NCBI GenBank assembly: GCA_020630395.1
Contig: JAHDBM010000011.1
Coordinates: forward strand, 2,758 to 66,757
Direction: 5' to 3'
DNA length: 64,000 nucleotides
From: Flavobacteriales bacterium
Lineage (GTDB): Bacteria; Bacteroidota; Bacteroidia; Flavobacteriales_D; CAJJDF01
Shown here piece after piece: positions 30,212 to 40,681 of the stretch; position 1 is the first letter of the stretch; each line of letters starts with the position of its first letter. Made by a program: the position numbers and the translations under genes. The notes under the pieces are model-generated. The model saw only the letters and a program-made list of their open reading frames with translations, ran no database searches and was not told the origin of the DNA.

Positions 30212-31092
30212 TATCCCTTAATTTTATTCTTAGAGGCTAATAAGGTATTCTTTAATAAAGAAGCTATGGTCATTGGTCCAACACCACCAGGAACTGGTGT
30301 GATAAAAGATGCTTTTTCAGCTACTTCATCAAACTTTACATCACCCACTAAGCGATAGCCTTTCTTTTTTGTTTTATCGTTTATTCTAGTTATACCCACA
30401 TCAATAACTACTGCATCTTCTTTAACATAATCAGCTGTAATAAACTCTTGTTTTCCTAGTGCAACAATTAATATATCAGCTTGTTGGCATAATTCTTTTA
30501 AGTTATTGGTTCTGCTGTGAGTTAACGTTACTGTTGAGTTTCCTGGATAGGCATTTCGTCCCATCATAATGCTAATTGGAGCACCTACAATATTACTTCT
30601 TCCTACTACCACACAATGTTTTCCTGCTGTTTCTATATTATAACGTTCGAATAACTGTAAAATACCATAAGGTGTAGCAGGTAAAAAAGAAGGTAAATTT
30701 AGTGCAACCTTACCTATATTCTCAGGATGAAATCCATCCACATCTTTGTTCGGAGATATAGCTTGCGTTACTTTTTTTGGGTTAATATGATCTGGTAAGG
30801 GCAATTGAACAATAAAACCGTCAATTTCGGGATCATTATTTAGCTTACTAATTTTATTAAGTAATTCTTCTTCAGAAATAGTATCTGGTAACCTTACTAA
30901 ACTAGATTCAAACCCTACTCGCTCACAAGCTTTTACTTTTGCATTAACATACGTTATACTAGCGCCATTACTACCAACCAAGACAGCCGCAAGATGAGGC
31001 GTTTTTTTCCCTTTGCCTTGAAGATACTTTACTTCTTCTGCAATTTCATCTTGTACTTCTAATGAAGTTTTTTTACCGTCTATTAAAATCAT
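30211..31092 (-). CDS. folD: Methylenetetrahydrofolate dehydrogenase/cyclohydrolase
   Basis: VQLPLP, KDVDGFHP, GRSNIVG, TPVPGGVGPMT. Confidence 0.97.
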   Translation of the reverse strand: MILIDGKKTSLEVQDEIAEEVKYLQGKGKKTPHLAAVLVGSNGASITYVNAKVKACERVGFESSLVRLPDTISEEELLNKISKLNNDPEIDGFIVQLPLPDHINPKKVTQAISPNKDVDGFHPENIGKVALNLPSFLPATPYGILQLFERYNIETAGKHCVVVGRSNIVGAPISIMMGRNAYPGNSTVTLTHSRTNNLKELCQQADILIVALGKQEFITADYVKEDAVVIDVGITRINDKTKKKGYRLVGDVKFDEVAEKASFITPVPGGVGPMTIASLLKNTLLASKNKIKG

Positions 31093-31099
31093 TCCTTTT

Positions 31100-31175
31100 T
31101 GGATTTTTAGATCCTCAGATTAATAGATTCTCAGATAAAACATTAATCTGAATATCTAAATATCTGAACGTCCAA
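31100..31175. repeat. Inverted array of degenerate 8-bp repeats
   Basis: GAT at 31102/31110/31118/31126/31134 and ATC(GTC) at 31146/31154/31162/31170; includes perfect TCAGATTAAT/ATTAATCTGA. Confidence 0.75.
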
Positions 31176-31179
31176 CTAA

Positions 31180-32532
31180 CTATCTTGGCATTCCGCCTTG
31201 CTTTTGCATTTGTTTTAATTGCTTCATCATCCCCATCATCCCCTTCTTATTGTTCATCATTTGCATCATCTTCTTCGTTTCACCAAATTGTTTCAACAGT
31301 TTATTAACTTCTTGAATTGAATTTCCACTCCCTTTTGCAATTCTTTGCTTACGACTACCATTTAATATAGAAGGGTTCTCTCTCTCAGCATTTGTCATGG
31401 ATAAAATAATTGCTTCTATACCTTTAAAAGCGTCATCATCAATATCCATATTTCGTGCAGCTTTACCTACACCAGGTATCATCCCAATAAGATCTTTCAT
31501 GTTACCCATCTTCTTAATTTGCTGAAGCTGACCAAGAAAATCATTAAAATCGAATTTATTCTTCGCTATTTTTGCTTGTAATTTCTTTGCTTCTTCTTCA
31601 TCAAATTGTTGTTGTACTCTTTCTACAAGCGATACAACATCCCCCATTCCAAGAATACGATCTGCCATACGGTTTGGATGAAATACATCTAAAGCATCCA
31701 TTTTTTCACCTGTACCAATAAATTTAATTGGTTTAGTAACGATAGCTTTTATCGATAATGCAGCTCCACCTCTAGTGTCACCATCTAATTTGGTTAAAAT
31801 TACACCAGAAAAATCTAAACGGTCATTAAAGGTTTTAGCTGTATTTACAGCATCTTGACCCGTCATAGAATCTACTACAAATAAAATCTCATTAGGATTA
31901 ATAGCAGCCTTAATCTCCTCTATTTCCTTCATCATGGCTTCATCAACCGCTAAACGTCCAGCTGTATCGACTATCACAGCATGAAATCCATTTTGCTTTG
32001 CATACTGAATACCTGCTTGCGCAATTTTAACAGGATCTTTTTCTTCTTTATTTGAAAATACCTCTGCTCCTACTTGCTCTCCAACTACATGTAACTGATC
32101 TATTGCTGCAGGACGATAAACATCACACGCTACTAATAAGGTCTTTTTACTTTTAGACTCTTTTAACCATTTCGCTAATTTTCCAGAATGGGTTGTTTTA
32201 CCCGACCCTTGTAGTCCAGCCATTAAAATAACCGCAGGAGTTCCATGAATATTCATTTCTTCAGCTTCTCCTCCCATTAACTCTGTTAATGCTTCATGAG
32301 TAATTTTAGTCATTAACTGACCTGGAGAAATAGAAGTCAATACATCCCTACCTAATGCTTCGTCTTTTATTTTAGCTGTAAATTCTTTTGCTGTTTTGTA
32401 ACTAACATCAGCATCTACAAGTGCTCTACGGATTTCCTTTACCGTTTCGGCAACATTAATTTCTGTAATCTGACCTTGCCCTTTTAATACTTTAAAGGCT
32501 CTTTCTAACTTATCTGATAAATTATTAAACAT
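31180..32532 (-). CDS. ffh: Signal recognition particle protein Ffh
   Basis: GLQGSGKTT, DTAGR, TKLDGDTRGG, RILGMGD, Met-rich tail. Confidence 0.98.
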   Translation of the reverse strand: MFNNLSDKLERAFKVLKGQGQITEINVAETVKEIRRALVDADVSYKTAKEFTAKIKDEALGRDVLTSISPGQLMTKITHEALTELMGGEAEEMNIHGTPAVILMAGLQGSGKTTHSGKLAKWLKESKSKKTLLVACDVYRPAAIDQLHVVGEQVGAEVFSNKEEKDPVKIAQAGIQYAKQNGFHAVIVDTAGRLAVDEAMMKEIEEIKAAINPNEILFVVDSMTGQDAVNTAKTFNDRLDFSGVILTKLDGDTRGGAALSIKAIVTKPIKFIGTGEKMDALDVFHPNRMADRILGMGDVVSLVERVQQQFDEEEAKKLQAKIAKNKFDFNDFLGQLQQIKKMGNMKDLIGMIPGVGKAARNMDIDDDAFKGIEAIILSMTNAERENPSILNGSRKQRIAKGSGNSIQEVNKLLKQFGETKKMMQMMNNKKGMMGMMKQLKQMQKQGGMPR

Positions 32533-32599
32533 ATCTAATACTTTATTCTTTTGATGAGATTATATCACAATCTCTATTTTTTTCACTCTTAATATGATG

Positions 32600-32607
32600 C
32601 AAAGATA
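32600..32607 (-). promoter_or_regulatory. Bacteroidota -7 promoter element for ffh
   Basis: TATCTTTG on minus strand matches TAnnTTTG, about 68 nt upstream of ATG. Confidence 0.6.
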
Positions 32608-32664
32608 CTAAATTTAGCTGTTCTTCCCAGAATATTTAATTGATGTATTTTTATATAACTCCAC

Positions 32665-32698
32665 AAAAAAGCCAGCAAAAAAAACAATTTTGCTGGCT
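32665..32698 (-). terminator. Intrinsic terminator downstream of S46 peptidase
   Basis: AGCCAGCAAAA/TTTTGCTGGCT stem followed by U-tract on minus strand. Confidence 0.8.
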
Positions 32699-32723
32699 AA
32701 AAAAATCTTAAAAATGATATCCG

Positions 32724-34985
32724 TTATTTAACTACAGTCATTTCATCAATTAGGTGTTTTGCATCTGCAAATTTGTCTATAATAAATAAGGTGTATCGTA
32801 TATCTACCGAAATTGTTCTTTGTATCGAATTTTCGAATGATATATCCCCACTCATTGCCTCCCAATTACCATCAAATGCAGTACCTATTAACTCTCCATT
32901 ACCATTAATAACCGGACTTCCAGAATTACCTCCTGTTATATCGTTATTAGATAAGAAACATACATGTAAATTGCCATCTCTTTTATCAGCATATTGTCCA
33001 TAATCCTTTTTCTTATATAATTCTTTCAGTTTAGCAGGAATAACAAACTCAGGGTTAGTTGGGTCTTCTTTTTCTATCAAACCATCAATAGTGGTAAAAT
33101 GCTTATTAACACCATCTTTACTCTTTAACATTTTAATCACTTTATCACTAGACTTGTATGATTTTACGTTTCCATAAGTTAATCTTTGAGTTGAATTTGC
33201 ATTAGGATAAAAGCTTTTATCTTTCTGCATTAATCTAACACCCTCAACAAATAAACGATACCCATCTTCTTTCTTTTGTTCAATATCTCCATATCTACCT
33301 TGAGCCCCAAAATACATGTTAATTAAATCATTAGATGCTATTACTGCTAAATCTTTTTCCAACTTCTTAGGTATTTTTCCTTTTTCTAGTTTAGCAATAA
33401 GCTTGTCCATTTTTTTCTTATTTGCAAATGGGGATTTGCAAAACATCTTCTTAGCAAAAGATTTGAAAGAACCATTTTTAGCGTACGTCTTAAAAAAAGC
33501 AGGTTGTTGTTCTTTACTAACTTTAGTATGATATAAACCTAACAAATTCGCAACTAATTTTTTATCTGTTTTCTTATTGTAATTTTTAAAATGCTCGGCA
33601 CTTAACTCTTCAAGCCTTCCTATTAATGCTTTGTTTTTAGCATCATAAGTTGCCTGTAATTTGCTTTTTTCCTCTTCGGTAGAAGCTTTTTCGATTGCCT
33701 CTTTGGTTTTAGCTTGAAAACCTGTAATGGCTTCAATTAATCTATTTGCTCTGAAGGTGAATAAAAAGATATCTGCTCCAGTTAACCCAGCTTCTAAGGC
33801 ATACACATCTCCTACTTCATAATCATCTGACATTTTGTAGTAAGAAGCAATATTATCTAATGCTTTTCCATACTTTTCTTTTCGTGTATCATCTTTTGAT
33901 ACCCAATCTTTAAATTTTCGTTCTAATGCTAATTTTCTATCGTAAACTTTGTTAGTTTTTAACTGCTCAGTTTGACCAATATAATATTTCCAGTAATTAG
34001 AGGTTTGAGCATATTTTGAAGCGTATTTTATACGAATTGCTTTATCAGCATCCATATCTTCTTTCATAGTTTTCAATTTTAAATCACGTATTTCAACTAC
34101 AGTTGGTCCATGTTTTTCAATTGCTTGCTTAACACCATGAGAAGACAAATAACGATCTGTACTTCCTGGATACCCCATAATCATAGCATAATCTCCTTCA
34201 TTAACACCTTTAATAGATACTGGTAAATGATGTCTTGGAACAAACGGGATATTGTCTTCACTGTAATCAGCTGGTTTACCATCTTTACCACTGTAAACTC
34301 TAAATAAACAAAAATCTCCTGTATGTCTTGGCCACATCCAATTATCAGTATCACCTCCGTATTTACCAATAGATTCTGGTGGAGCTCCTACCAAACGAAC
34401 ATCTTTAAATGTCTCGTTAACGAACATGTAATATTCATTTCCATAAAAGAAATCCTTTATGTAGGCATTGTAATGAGTTCCTTTAGTAGCGTTAGCAATT
34501 AATTCTTCTTTCATAGTTTCAAGAGCCTTAGCTTTCTCAGCAGGAGAATCATATTTTTTATTCTTTACTGATAACATTTTTTCAGTTACATCTTCCATTC
34601 TTACTAAAAATGTAGCTGTTAACCCCTCAACATTTAATTCCTGTTTTTTATTTTTAGCCCAAAATCCATTTCCTAAATAATCATTTTCGACTGAACTAAA
34701 TTGTTGAATTGCATCATACCCACAGTGATGATTTGTTAACATTAACCCTTGATCTGAAATAATTTCACCAGTACAAAATCCTCCTAGTGATACAATTGCA
34801 TCTTTTAAACTAGATTTATTAACACTATAAATTTCTTCTGCAGTAAGTTTAAGACCTTTTTCCTGCATGTCTTTATAATTCAATCTCTTTATGAATATTG
34901 GTAGCCACATTCCTTCATCAGCTTTAACAGTATACTGAGAGAAACAAAAGACTAATACCAATAACAATGAAATACTTTTCCTCAT
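32724..34985 (-). CDS. S46 family dipeptidyl peptidase, DPP7-type
   Basis: DEGMW, TNHHC, DNWMWPRHTGD, DITGGNSGSPV; FDGNWE (Gly, rather than DPP11 Arg). Confidence 0.93.
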   Translation of the reverse strand: MRKSISLLLVLVFCFSQYTVKADEGMWLPIFIKRLNYKDMQEKGLKLTAEEIYSVNKSSLKDAIVSLGGFCTGEIISDQGLMLTNHHCGYDAIQQFSSVENDYLGNGFWAKNKKQELNVEGLTATFLVRMEDVTEKMLSVKNKKYDSPAEKAKALETMKEELIANATKGTHYNAYIKDFFYGNEYYMFVNETFKDVRLVGAPPESIGKYGGDTDNWMWPRHTGDFCLFRVYSGKDGKPADYSEDNIPFVPRHHLPVSIKGVNEGDYAMIMGYPGSTDRYLSSHGVKQAIEKHGPTVVEIRDLKLKTMKEDMDADKAIRIKYASKYAQTSNYWKYYIGQTEQLKTNKVYDRKLALERKFKDWVSKDDTRKEKYGKALDNIASYYKMSDDYEVGDVYALEAGLTGADIFLFTFRANRLIEAITGFQAKTKEAIEKASTEEEKSKLQATYDAKNKALIGRLEELSAEHFKNYNKKTDKKLVANLLGLYHTKVSKEQQPAFFKTYAKNGSFKSFAKKMFCKSPFANKKKMDKLIAKLEKGKIPKKLEKDLAVIASNDLINMYFGAQGRYGDIEQKKEDGYRLFVEGVRLMQKDKSFYPNANSTQRLTYGNVKSYKSSDKVIKMLKSKDGVNKHFTTIDGLIEKEDPTNPEFVIPAKLKELYKKKDYGQYADKRDGNLHVCFLSNNDITGGNSGSPVINGNGELIGTAFDGNWEAMSGDISFENSIQRTISVDIRYTLFIIDKFADAKHLIDEMTVVK

Positions 34986-35099
34986 TTTTATTTAATTTTT
35001 AAATTTTGGCTAAAATACCAAAAATCTTAATTCTAATACAAAGTATAGTTTAAACGGTTATCTAATTTGATTAATGGTATTAGAATTACTCTTCTTTAA

Positions 35100-35130
35100 T
35101 TGAACCATTCCTTGATCTTTATTACATTTG
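35100..35130 (+). promoter_or_regulatory. Bacteroidota promoter TTG-N20-TACATTTG for the GT2-ppk1 unit
   Basis: TTG 35100-35102, TACATTTG 35123-35130. Confidence 0.6.
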
Positions 35131-35135
35131 ACACT

Positions 35136-37076
35136 ATGAAGCTATCAATAGTCATAGTAAACTATAATGTTAAGTATTTTCTCAAGCAATGTCTAGATTC
35201 GGCAGTGAGAGCAATTGAAAACATTGATGCTGAAATTTTTGTTGTAGACAATGACTCCAAAGATGGCTCTAACGAAATGATAAAAAAACATTTTAAGGAT
35301 GTTATTCTTATTGAAAACAAAAAAAATGTAGGTTTTTCTAAAGCCAATAACCAAGCAATAAGAATTTCTAAAGGTGAATATGTTTTATTATTAAATCCAG
35401 ATACAATTGTTGCTGAAGATACGTTCGAAAAAGTAATAACCTTCATGGATAAAACGCCTAAAGCTGGAGGTTTAGGTGTTCGGATGATTGATGGAAATGG
35501 TAATTTTCTTCCAGAATCTAAAAGGGGGTTGCCAACTCCTGAAGTTGCGTTTTACAAAATTTTTGGCTTTTCTACTTTATTCCCTAAATCAGAACGATTT
35601 GGAAAATACCACTTAGGAAATTTACCTGAATTTGAAACCAATGAAATTGATATTTTGTCTGGTGCATTTATGTTTCTTAGAAAAGAAACACTTGATAAAG
35701 TAGGGTTATTAGATGAAAACTTTTTTATGTATGGAGAAGATATTGATTTATCATACCGAATAACTCTAGGTGGATATAAAAACTATTACTATCCTGATTC
35801 TACTATTGTTCATTATAAAGGAGAAAGTACAAAAAAAAGTAGTGTAAACTATGTTTTTATTTTCTACAAAGCAATGGCCATTTTTGCAGAAAAATATTTT
35901 GGAAAAAGTAAAGCTGGCTTATTTAACATACTCATTAAGTTAGCTATTTTCTTTAGAGCTGGTTTAGCTATTTTTAATAGACTAATCGAAATAATTTTCC
36001 TCCCTCTTATTGATGTTTCATTTATATTTTTCGGATTACATTTTGCAAAAAGACTCTATCAAAATGAACAAGCTATTTTTCATGATTCTCCATTAATGCA
36101 CATTACTATTGGTGTTTTAACACTTATTACCATTACATCTTTATTACTTTCAGGAGCTTATGATAAACCTGTAAAACCTAAATCTATTATTATTGGGTTA
36201 TTTATTGCTTTACCAATATCTATCTTAACCTATCTTAGTTTTGATGATTACTTTATGTTCCCTACAAAAGTTGGTGTACTAGCTATTACAATAGCTTCGG
36301 TTGGAACTTTTGCTTCTAGACTAATCTTACATTTTTTAAATATTCAAAAACTACGTTCTTCCATTTTATCAAAAGACATTGTTATTTTAGGAGAGGATAA
36401 TGACTCCGAAAAAACTGAAAACCTTGTTAATTTAACCCAATCTCTTGCTCAAATAAATATTATTAAAACAAATGGAAAGACATTTAAGCAAAACAGTGTT
36501 AAAGACTTACTAAAAGATCATAATCTTAGCACTCCAAAAGAAATGATTTTCTGCTCTAAAAGTCTAAATTATAACCGAATAATTGATTTTATGAGTAGAA
36601 ACAAGAAATCAACTGTTGAATTTAAAATAGCTCATCCTTACAACAAATTTATTATAGGAAGTACCAATCTAAACACGTCTGGAGAATTATACACACTTAA
36701 GCTTAAAGGTATTTCTAGCAAATCTAATATTCGATTAAAGCGAATATTAGATACTTCTATTTCATTTGTATTGCTCTTGTTTATTCCTTTCTACATATTA
36801 TTCTTAAAGAATAAAACATCATACATACGTAATATCTGGTTGATATTAAAAGGTGAACAATCTTTTGTAGGGTATAATAAAAATGCTGAATATGAATCGC
36901 TACCACATATAAAAGATGGTGTTTTAAACCTTTTAGATGGAGTATCTACTGAACTTAATCCATCTAACATCAGCAAAACAAAGTTAAATAAGATTTATGC
37001 TCATGATTATTCTCCTTTTATGGATTTAAAAGTCCTTTTTAGAGGGTTTAAAAAACTAACTCATAAAGTACTATAA
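35136..37076 (+). CDS. GT2 glycosyltransferase fused to TM region and degenerate sugar-transferase-like C-terminus
   Basis: LSIVIVNYN, VDNDSKD, LLNPD, FFMYGEDID; C-terminal KRILD; start moved to ATG 35136. Confidence 0.87.
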   Translation: MKLSIVIVNYNVKYFLKQCLDSAVRAIENIDAEIFVVDNDSKDGSNEMIKKHFKDVILIENKKNVGFSKANNQAIRISKGEYVLLLNPDTIVAEDTFEKVITFMDKTPKAGGLGVRMIDGNGNFLPESKRGLPTPEVAFYKIFGFSTLFPKSERFGKYHLGNLPEFETNEIDILSGAFMFLRKETLDKVGLLDENFFMYGEDIDLSYRITLGGYKNYYYPDSTIVHYKGESTKKSSVNYVFIFYKAMAIFAEKYFGKSKAGLFNILIKLAIFFRAGLAIFNRLIEIIFLPLIDVSFIFFGLHFAKRLYQNEQAIFHDSPLMHITIGVLTLITITSLLLSGAYDKPVKPKSIIIGLFIALPISILTYLSFDDYFMFPTKVGVLAITIASVGTFASRLILHFLNIQKLRSSILSKDIVILGEDNDSEKTENLVNLTQSLAQINIIKTNGKTFKQNSVKDLLKDHNLSTPKEMIFCSKSLNYNRIIDFMSRNKKSTVEFKIAHPYNKFIIGSTNLNTSGELYTLKLKGISSKSNIRLKRILDTSISFVLLLFIPFYILFLKNKTSYIRNIWLILKGEQSFVGYNKNAEYESLPHIKDGVLNLLDGVSTELNPSNISKTKLNKIYAHDYSPFMDLKVLFRGFKKLTHKVL

Positions 37077-37077
37077 A

Positions 37078-39144
37078 ATGTCTTATAACAAAGAATTTAT
37101 AAATAGAGAAATATCATGGTTATCCTTTAACGAAAGAGTATTGCAGGAAGCCATAGATAAAAAAAATCCTTTAATTGAACGGATAAGATTTTTAGGTATT
37201 TTCTCTAATAATAGAGATGAGTTTTTCCGTGTACGTGTTGCTACTGTTAAAAGACTACAAGTCTTAAAAAAGAAAAGTCTTAAAGAAATTGATTTTAGTC
37301 CTACTGAATTACTTGAAGAAATAAAAAAAATTACCTTATCTCAAGAACGTTTGTTTGAGGAGACATTTAATCAAATTCTAGACCAATTAAAATCAGAAGA
37401 TATACATATTGTTAATGAGTTAAACATTAACAAAAATCATTTACAATTTATAGAAGAATATTTTGAAGATAAAATTCGACCCTATTTAATTCCGATCATT
37501 CTTAAAAACAAATCTAAACTCCCAGAACTAAAAGATAAATCTCTTTACCTAGGAGTTAAACTTTACAACAATGAATTAAATGACATTCCTCTATATTCAT
37601 TAATCGAAATACCCACTAACGTTTCTAGGTTTTTAGTATTACCAACATTAAAAAATGAAGAAGATTCTGTTATTTTATTGGATGACATTATAAGAATAAA
37701 TCTTAGAAAAGTTTTTGCTTTATTTCAATTTGATCAAATTGAGGCTTATGCTTTTAAAATAACTAGAGATGCTGAGCTAGACTTAGAGTATGATATTGAT
37801 ACTGGATTGCTTCAAAAAATGAAGAAAAGTTTAGAAAAAAGGAAAAAAGGAAAACAAGTTCGTTTTGTTTATGATGGTAATATGCCTATCGATCTATTTC
37901 ATTATTTAGTAGGTGATGTTAAAAAGAAAGACCTTGAAAACATTATTCCTGGAGGCAAATATCACAACTTCAAAGATTTTATACAGTTTCCTAATGTTGG
38001 AAATAAAAACCTAACAAATACTAAGCTTCCTCCTCTACCGCACCCAATGCTTGAAGGAAAAAATAGTATTCTTGAGGTATTAAGGTCTAAGGATATCATG
38101 CTATCATATCCCTACCAAAGCTTTAAGTATGTTGTTGATTTTATGCGTGAAGTAGCAATAGACCCTAAAGTAACTGATATACAAATAAACTTGTATAGAG
38201 TAGCAAATAGATCCAGAATTATAAATGCTTTGGTAAATGCTGCTAAAAATGGTAAAAGAGTAACTGTAATAATTGAATTAAAAGCCAGGTTTGATGAAGC
38301 AAATAATATACATTGGTCTAACGTTTTACAAGAAAATGGCATTCGTGTAATATTTGGAGTCCCTGGATTAAAAGTTCATTCAAAATTAATACTGGTTTCT
38401 AGAAAAATAGGTAAACAAAAAGAAATGTTTGCTCATATTGGAACAGGAAATTTTCATGAAGGAACTGCTAAAATATATGGAGACTATTCTTTATTTTCAA
38501 GCGACACAAGAATAACAAATGAAGTAGAAAAACTATTTGCTTTCTTTGAAAGTAATTATTTAAGACTATCCTTTAGGCATTTAATTGTTTCCCCATACAG
38601 TACAAGAAGAAAATTCATATCGCTTATAGATAATGAAATAAAAAACAGCAAAGCAGGTAAAGAAGCCAAGATAACACTTAAGCTAAATAATTTAACAGAC
38701 GATCTTCTAATTAAAAAATTATACGAAGCCAGTAACAATGGAGTTAAAATCGACCTTATTATTAGAGGTATTTGTTGTTTAGTTCCTAACATACCTAAAC
38801 AAAGTGAAAACATAAAGGTTATTAGTATTGTAGATCGTTTTTTAGAACATGTTAGAACTATGATTTTTCATAATGATGGAAATGAATTGTTTTATATATC
38901 CTCAGCAGATTGGATGCAAAGAAATCTTGATAATCGAATAGAGGTTACAACCCCAATTTTTGATAAAAAGATTCAAAAAGTAATTAAAAAGATGATCAAT
39001 ATTCAACTAGCCGATAATGTTAAGGCTAGAATTATTGATAAAGATAGATCTAATAAATACGTTAAAAATGATGAGGATCAAATTAGATCACAAATAGAAA
39101 CTTATAAATACTTTAAAAAGTATTGGAAAGAAAAAAGCAAATAG
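37078..39144 (+). CDS. ppk1: Polyphosphate kinase 1
   Basis: NREISWLSFNERVL, ELKARFDE, KVHSK, GTGNF, DRFLEH, SADWMQRN. Confidence 0.97.
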   Translation: MSYNKEFINREISWLSFNERVLQEAIDKKNPLIERIRFLGIFSNNRDEFFRVRVATVKRLQVLKKKSLKEIDFSPTELLEEIKKITLSQERLFEETFNQILDQLKSEDIHIVNELNINKNHLQFIEEYFEDKIRPYLIPIILKNKSKLPELKDKSLYLGVKLYNNELNDIPLYSLIEIPTNVSRFLVLPTLKNEEDSVILLDDIIRINLRKVFALFQFDQIEAYAFKITRDAELDLEYDIDTGLLQKMKKSLEKRKKGKQVRFVYDGNMPIDLFHYLVGDVKKKDLENIIPGGKYHNFKDFIQFPNVGNKNLTNTKLPPLPHPMLEGKNSILEVLRSKDIMLSYPYQSFKYVVDFMREVAIDPKVTDIQINLYRVANRSRIINALVNAAKNGKRVTVIIELKARFDEANNIHWSNVLQENGIRVIFGVPGLKVHSKLILVSRKIGKQKEMFAHIGTGNFHEGTAKIYGDYSLFSSDTRITNEVEKLFAFFESNYLRLSFRHLIVSPYSTRRKFISLIDNEIKNSKAGKEAKITLKLNNLTDDLLIKKLYEASNNGVKIDLIIRGICCLVPNIPKQSENIKVISIVDRFLEHVRTMIFHNDGNELFYISSADWMQRNLDNRIEVTTPIFDKKIQKVIKKMINIQLADNVKARIIDKDRSNKYVKNDEDQIRSQIETYKYFKKYWKEKSK

Positions 39145-39188
39145 TTATCACTTTTTAAAACGTCTTTATCTCGTAATTCAACAAAAGA

Positions 39189-40676
39189 TTAGTTTACTCT
39201 CCAAAAATATGGAGTAAAAATAAGCGCTACAGTAAATAGCTCTAATCTACCAAAAAGCATTAAAAAGGATAACACCCATTTTCCTGCATCTGGAATTTCA
39301 GAAAAACTATTAGCTGGATTTACTTCATTAATTCCAGGACCAACATTACCTAATGAAGTAGCAACAGAGCTAATAGCCGTTAATAAATCTAACCCCATTG
39401 CCGTCATGATAATACTACCCAATGTGAACATAAACAAATACAAAAACAAGAAAGCAAGCAAATTGTAAATAATTTTATTGTGTACAACTTGCCCATTTAA
39501 ATGAACTGGCACAACTGCATTGGGATGAAGTCTTCTTTTAAACTCCATAAAACTATTCTTCATTAGCACCACAATTCTAACAATTTTTATACCTCCGCTA
39601 GTAGATCCTGCTGATGCTCCTGAAAACAATAATAAAAAGAATATAAACGTAACAAAAGTACCCCATGTTGTAAAAATATCACTTGCAAAACCTGTTGTTG
39701 TAATTACACTAACAACTTGAAAAACTGTTCCCCTAACAGCAGTTGAAAATTCATCTTCAGAGTAATAATAAACAAAAGGAGTTAATACTATTATCAATCC
39801 TAAAACAGCAAATAAATAATATTTAAACTCATCATTCTTCCATATTCGTTTAAACTTACCTTTAAATCCAAAATATAATAATGTAAAGTTAGTACCCGCT
39901 AAAAACATAAAGATTACAATTACATACTCTATAACTGGAGAATTAAATGCCGCAATACTATCTTGTTTTGTTGAAAAACCACCAGTTGAAGTAGTTGTTA
40001 GTGAATGGTTTATGGCATCAAAAAAACTCATGCCACAACACATTAACACAATCATTTCTACTATGGTTAGTCCAAGGTAAATAATCCATAATCGTTTTGC
40101 AGTTTCTTTTATCCTTGGGTGGATTTTATCTTTAGTTGGTCCAGGAGCCTCATTAACAAATAACTCCATGCCTCCAATACCCAATAGTGGTAAAACAGCA
40201 ATTGTTAACACAATTATCCCCATACCTCCTATCCACTGCGTCATACTCCGCCAAAACAAGATACTTTCTGGCATTTCTTCAATATTATTTAAAATTGAAG
40301 CTCCAGTAGTTGAAAAACCAGACATGGTTTCAAAAAAAGCATCTGAAATTGATGGTATAGATTGACTTATCACATATGGTAATGCTCCAAATAAAGTCAT
40401 TGATATCCAACCCAATGTAACGATCAAAAATCCATCTCTCCTTTTAATTTCTGCATCATTACTATTTCTATTCACATACTTTAATAACCCTCCTGTAAAC
40501 AGTGTTATACTTGATGCAATAGTAAATCCCCAAAATGCATCATCTCCATGGTAAACAGAAAAAATTAAGGGTAGCGCCATTAAAAATCCATTTATCAATA
40601 ACAATGAACCTATAACATTACCTACAACTGAAAAATTGATGATTTTATGCTTTTTTTTGGAGAAAATTTTCATCAT
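39189..40676 (-). CDS. trkH: Trk potassium uptake membrane protein
   Basis: FETMSGFSTTG, STGGF, TTTGF, GSTSGGIK, GNVGPG, GRLE. Confidence 0.95.
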   Translation of the reverse strand: MMKIFSKKKHKIINFSVVGNVIGSLLLINGFLMALPLIFSVYHGDDAFWGFTIASSITLFTGGLLKYVNRNSNDAEIKRRDGFLIVTLGWISMTLFGALPYVISQSIPSISDAFFETMSGFSTTGASILNNIEEMPESILFWRSMTQWIGGMGIIVLTIAVLPLLGIGGMELFVNEAPGPTKDKIHPRIKETAKRLWIIYLGLTIVEMIVLMCCGMSFFDAINHSLTTTSTGGFSTKQDSIAAFNSPVIEYVIVIFMFLAGTNFTLLYFGFKGKFKRIWKNDEFKYYLFAVLGLIIVLTPFVYYYSEDEFSTAVRGTVFQVVSVITTTGFASDIFTTWGTFVTFIFFLLLFSGASAGSTSGGIKIVRIVVLMKNSFMEFKRRLHPNAVVPVHLNGQVVHNKIIYNLLAFLFLYLFMFTLGSIIMTAMGLDLLTAISSVATSLGNVGPGINEVNPANSFSEIPDAGKWVLSFLMLFGRLELFTVALIFTPYFWRVN

Positions 40677-40681
40677 AAAAT

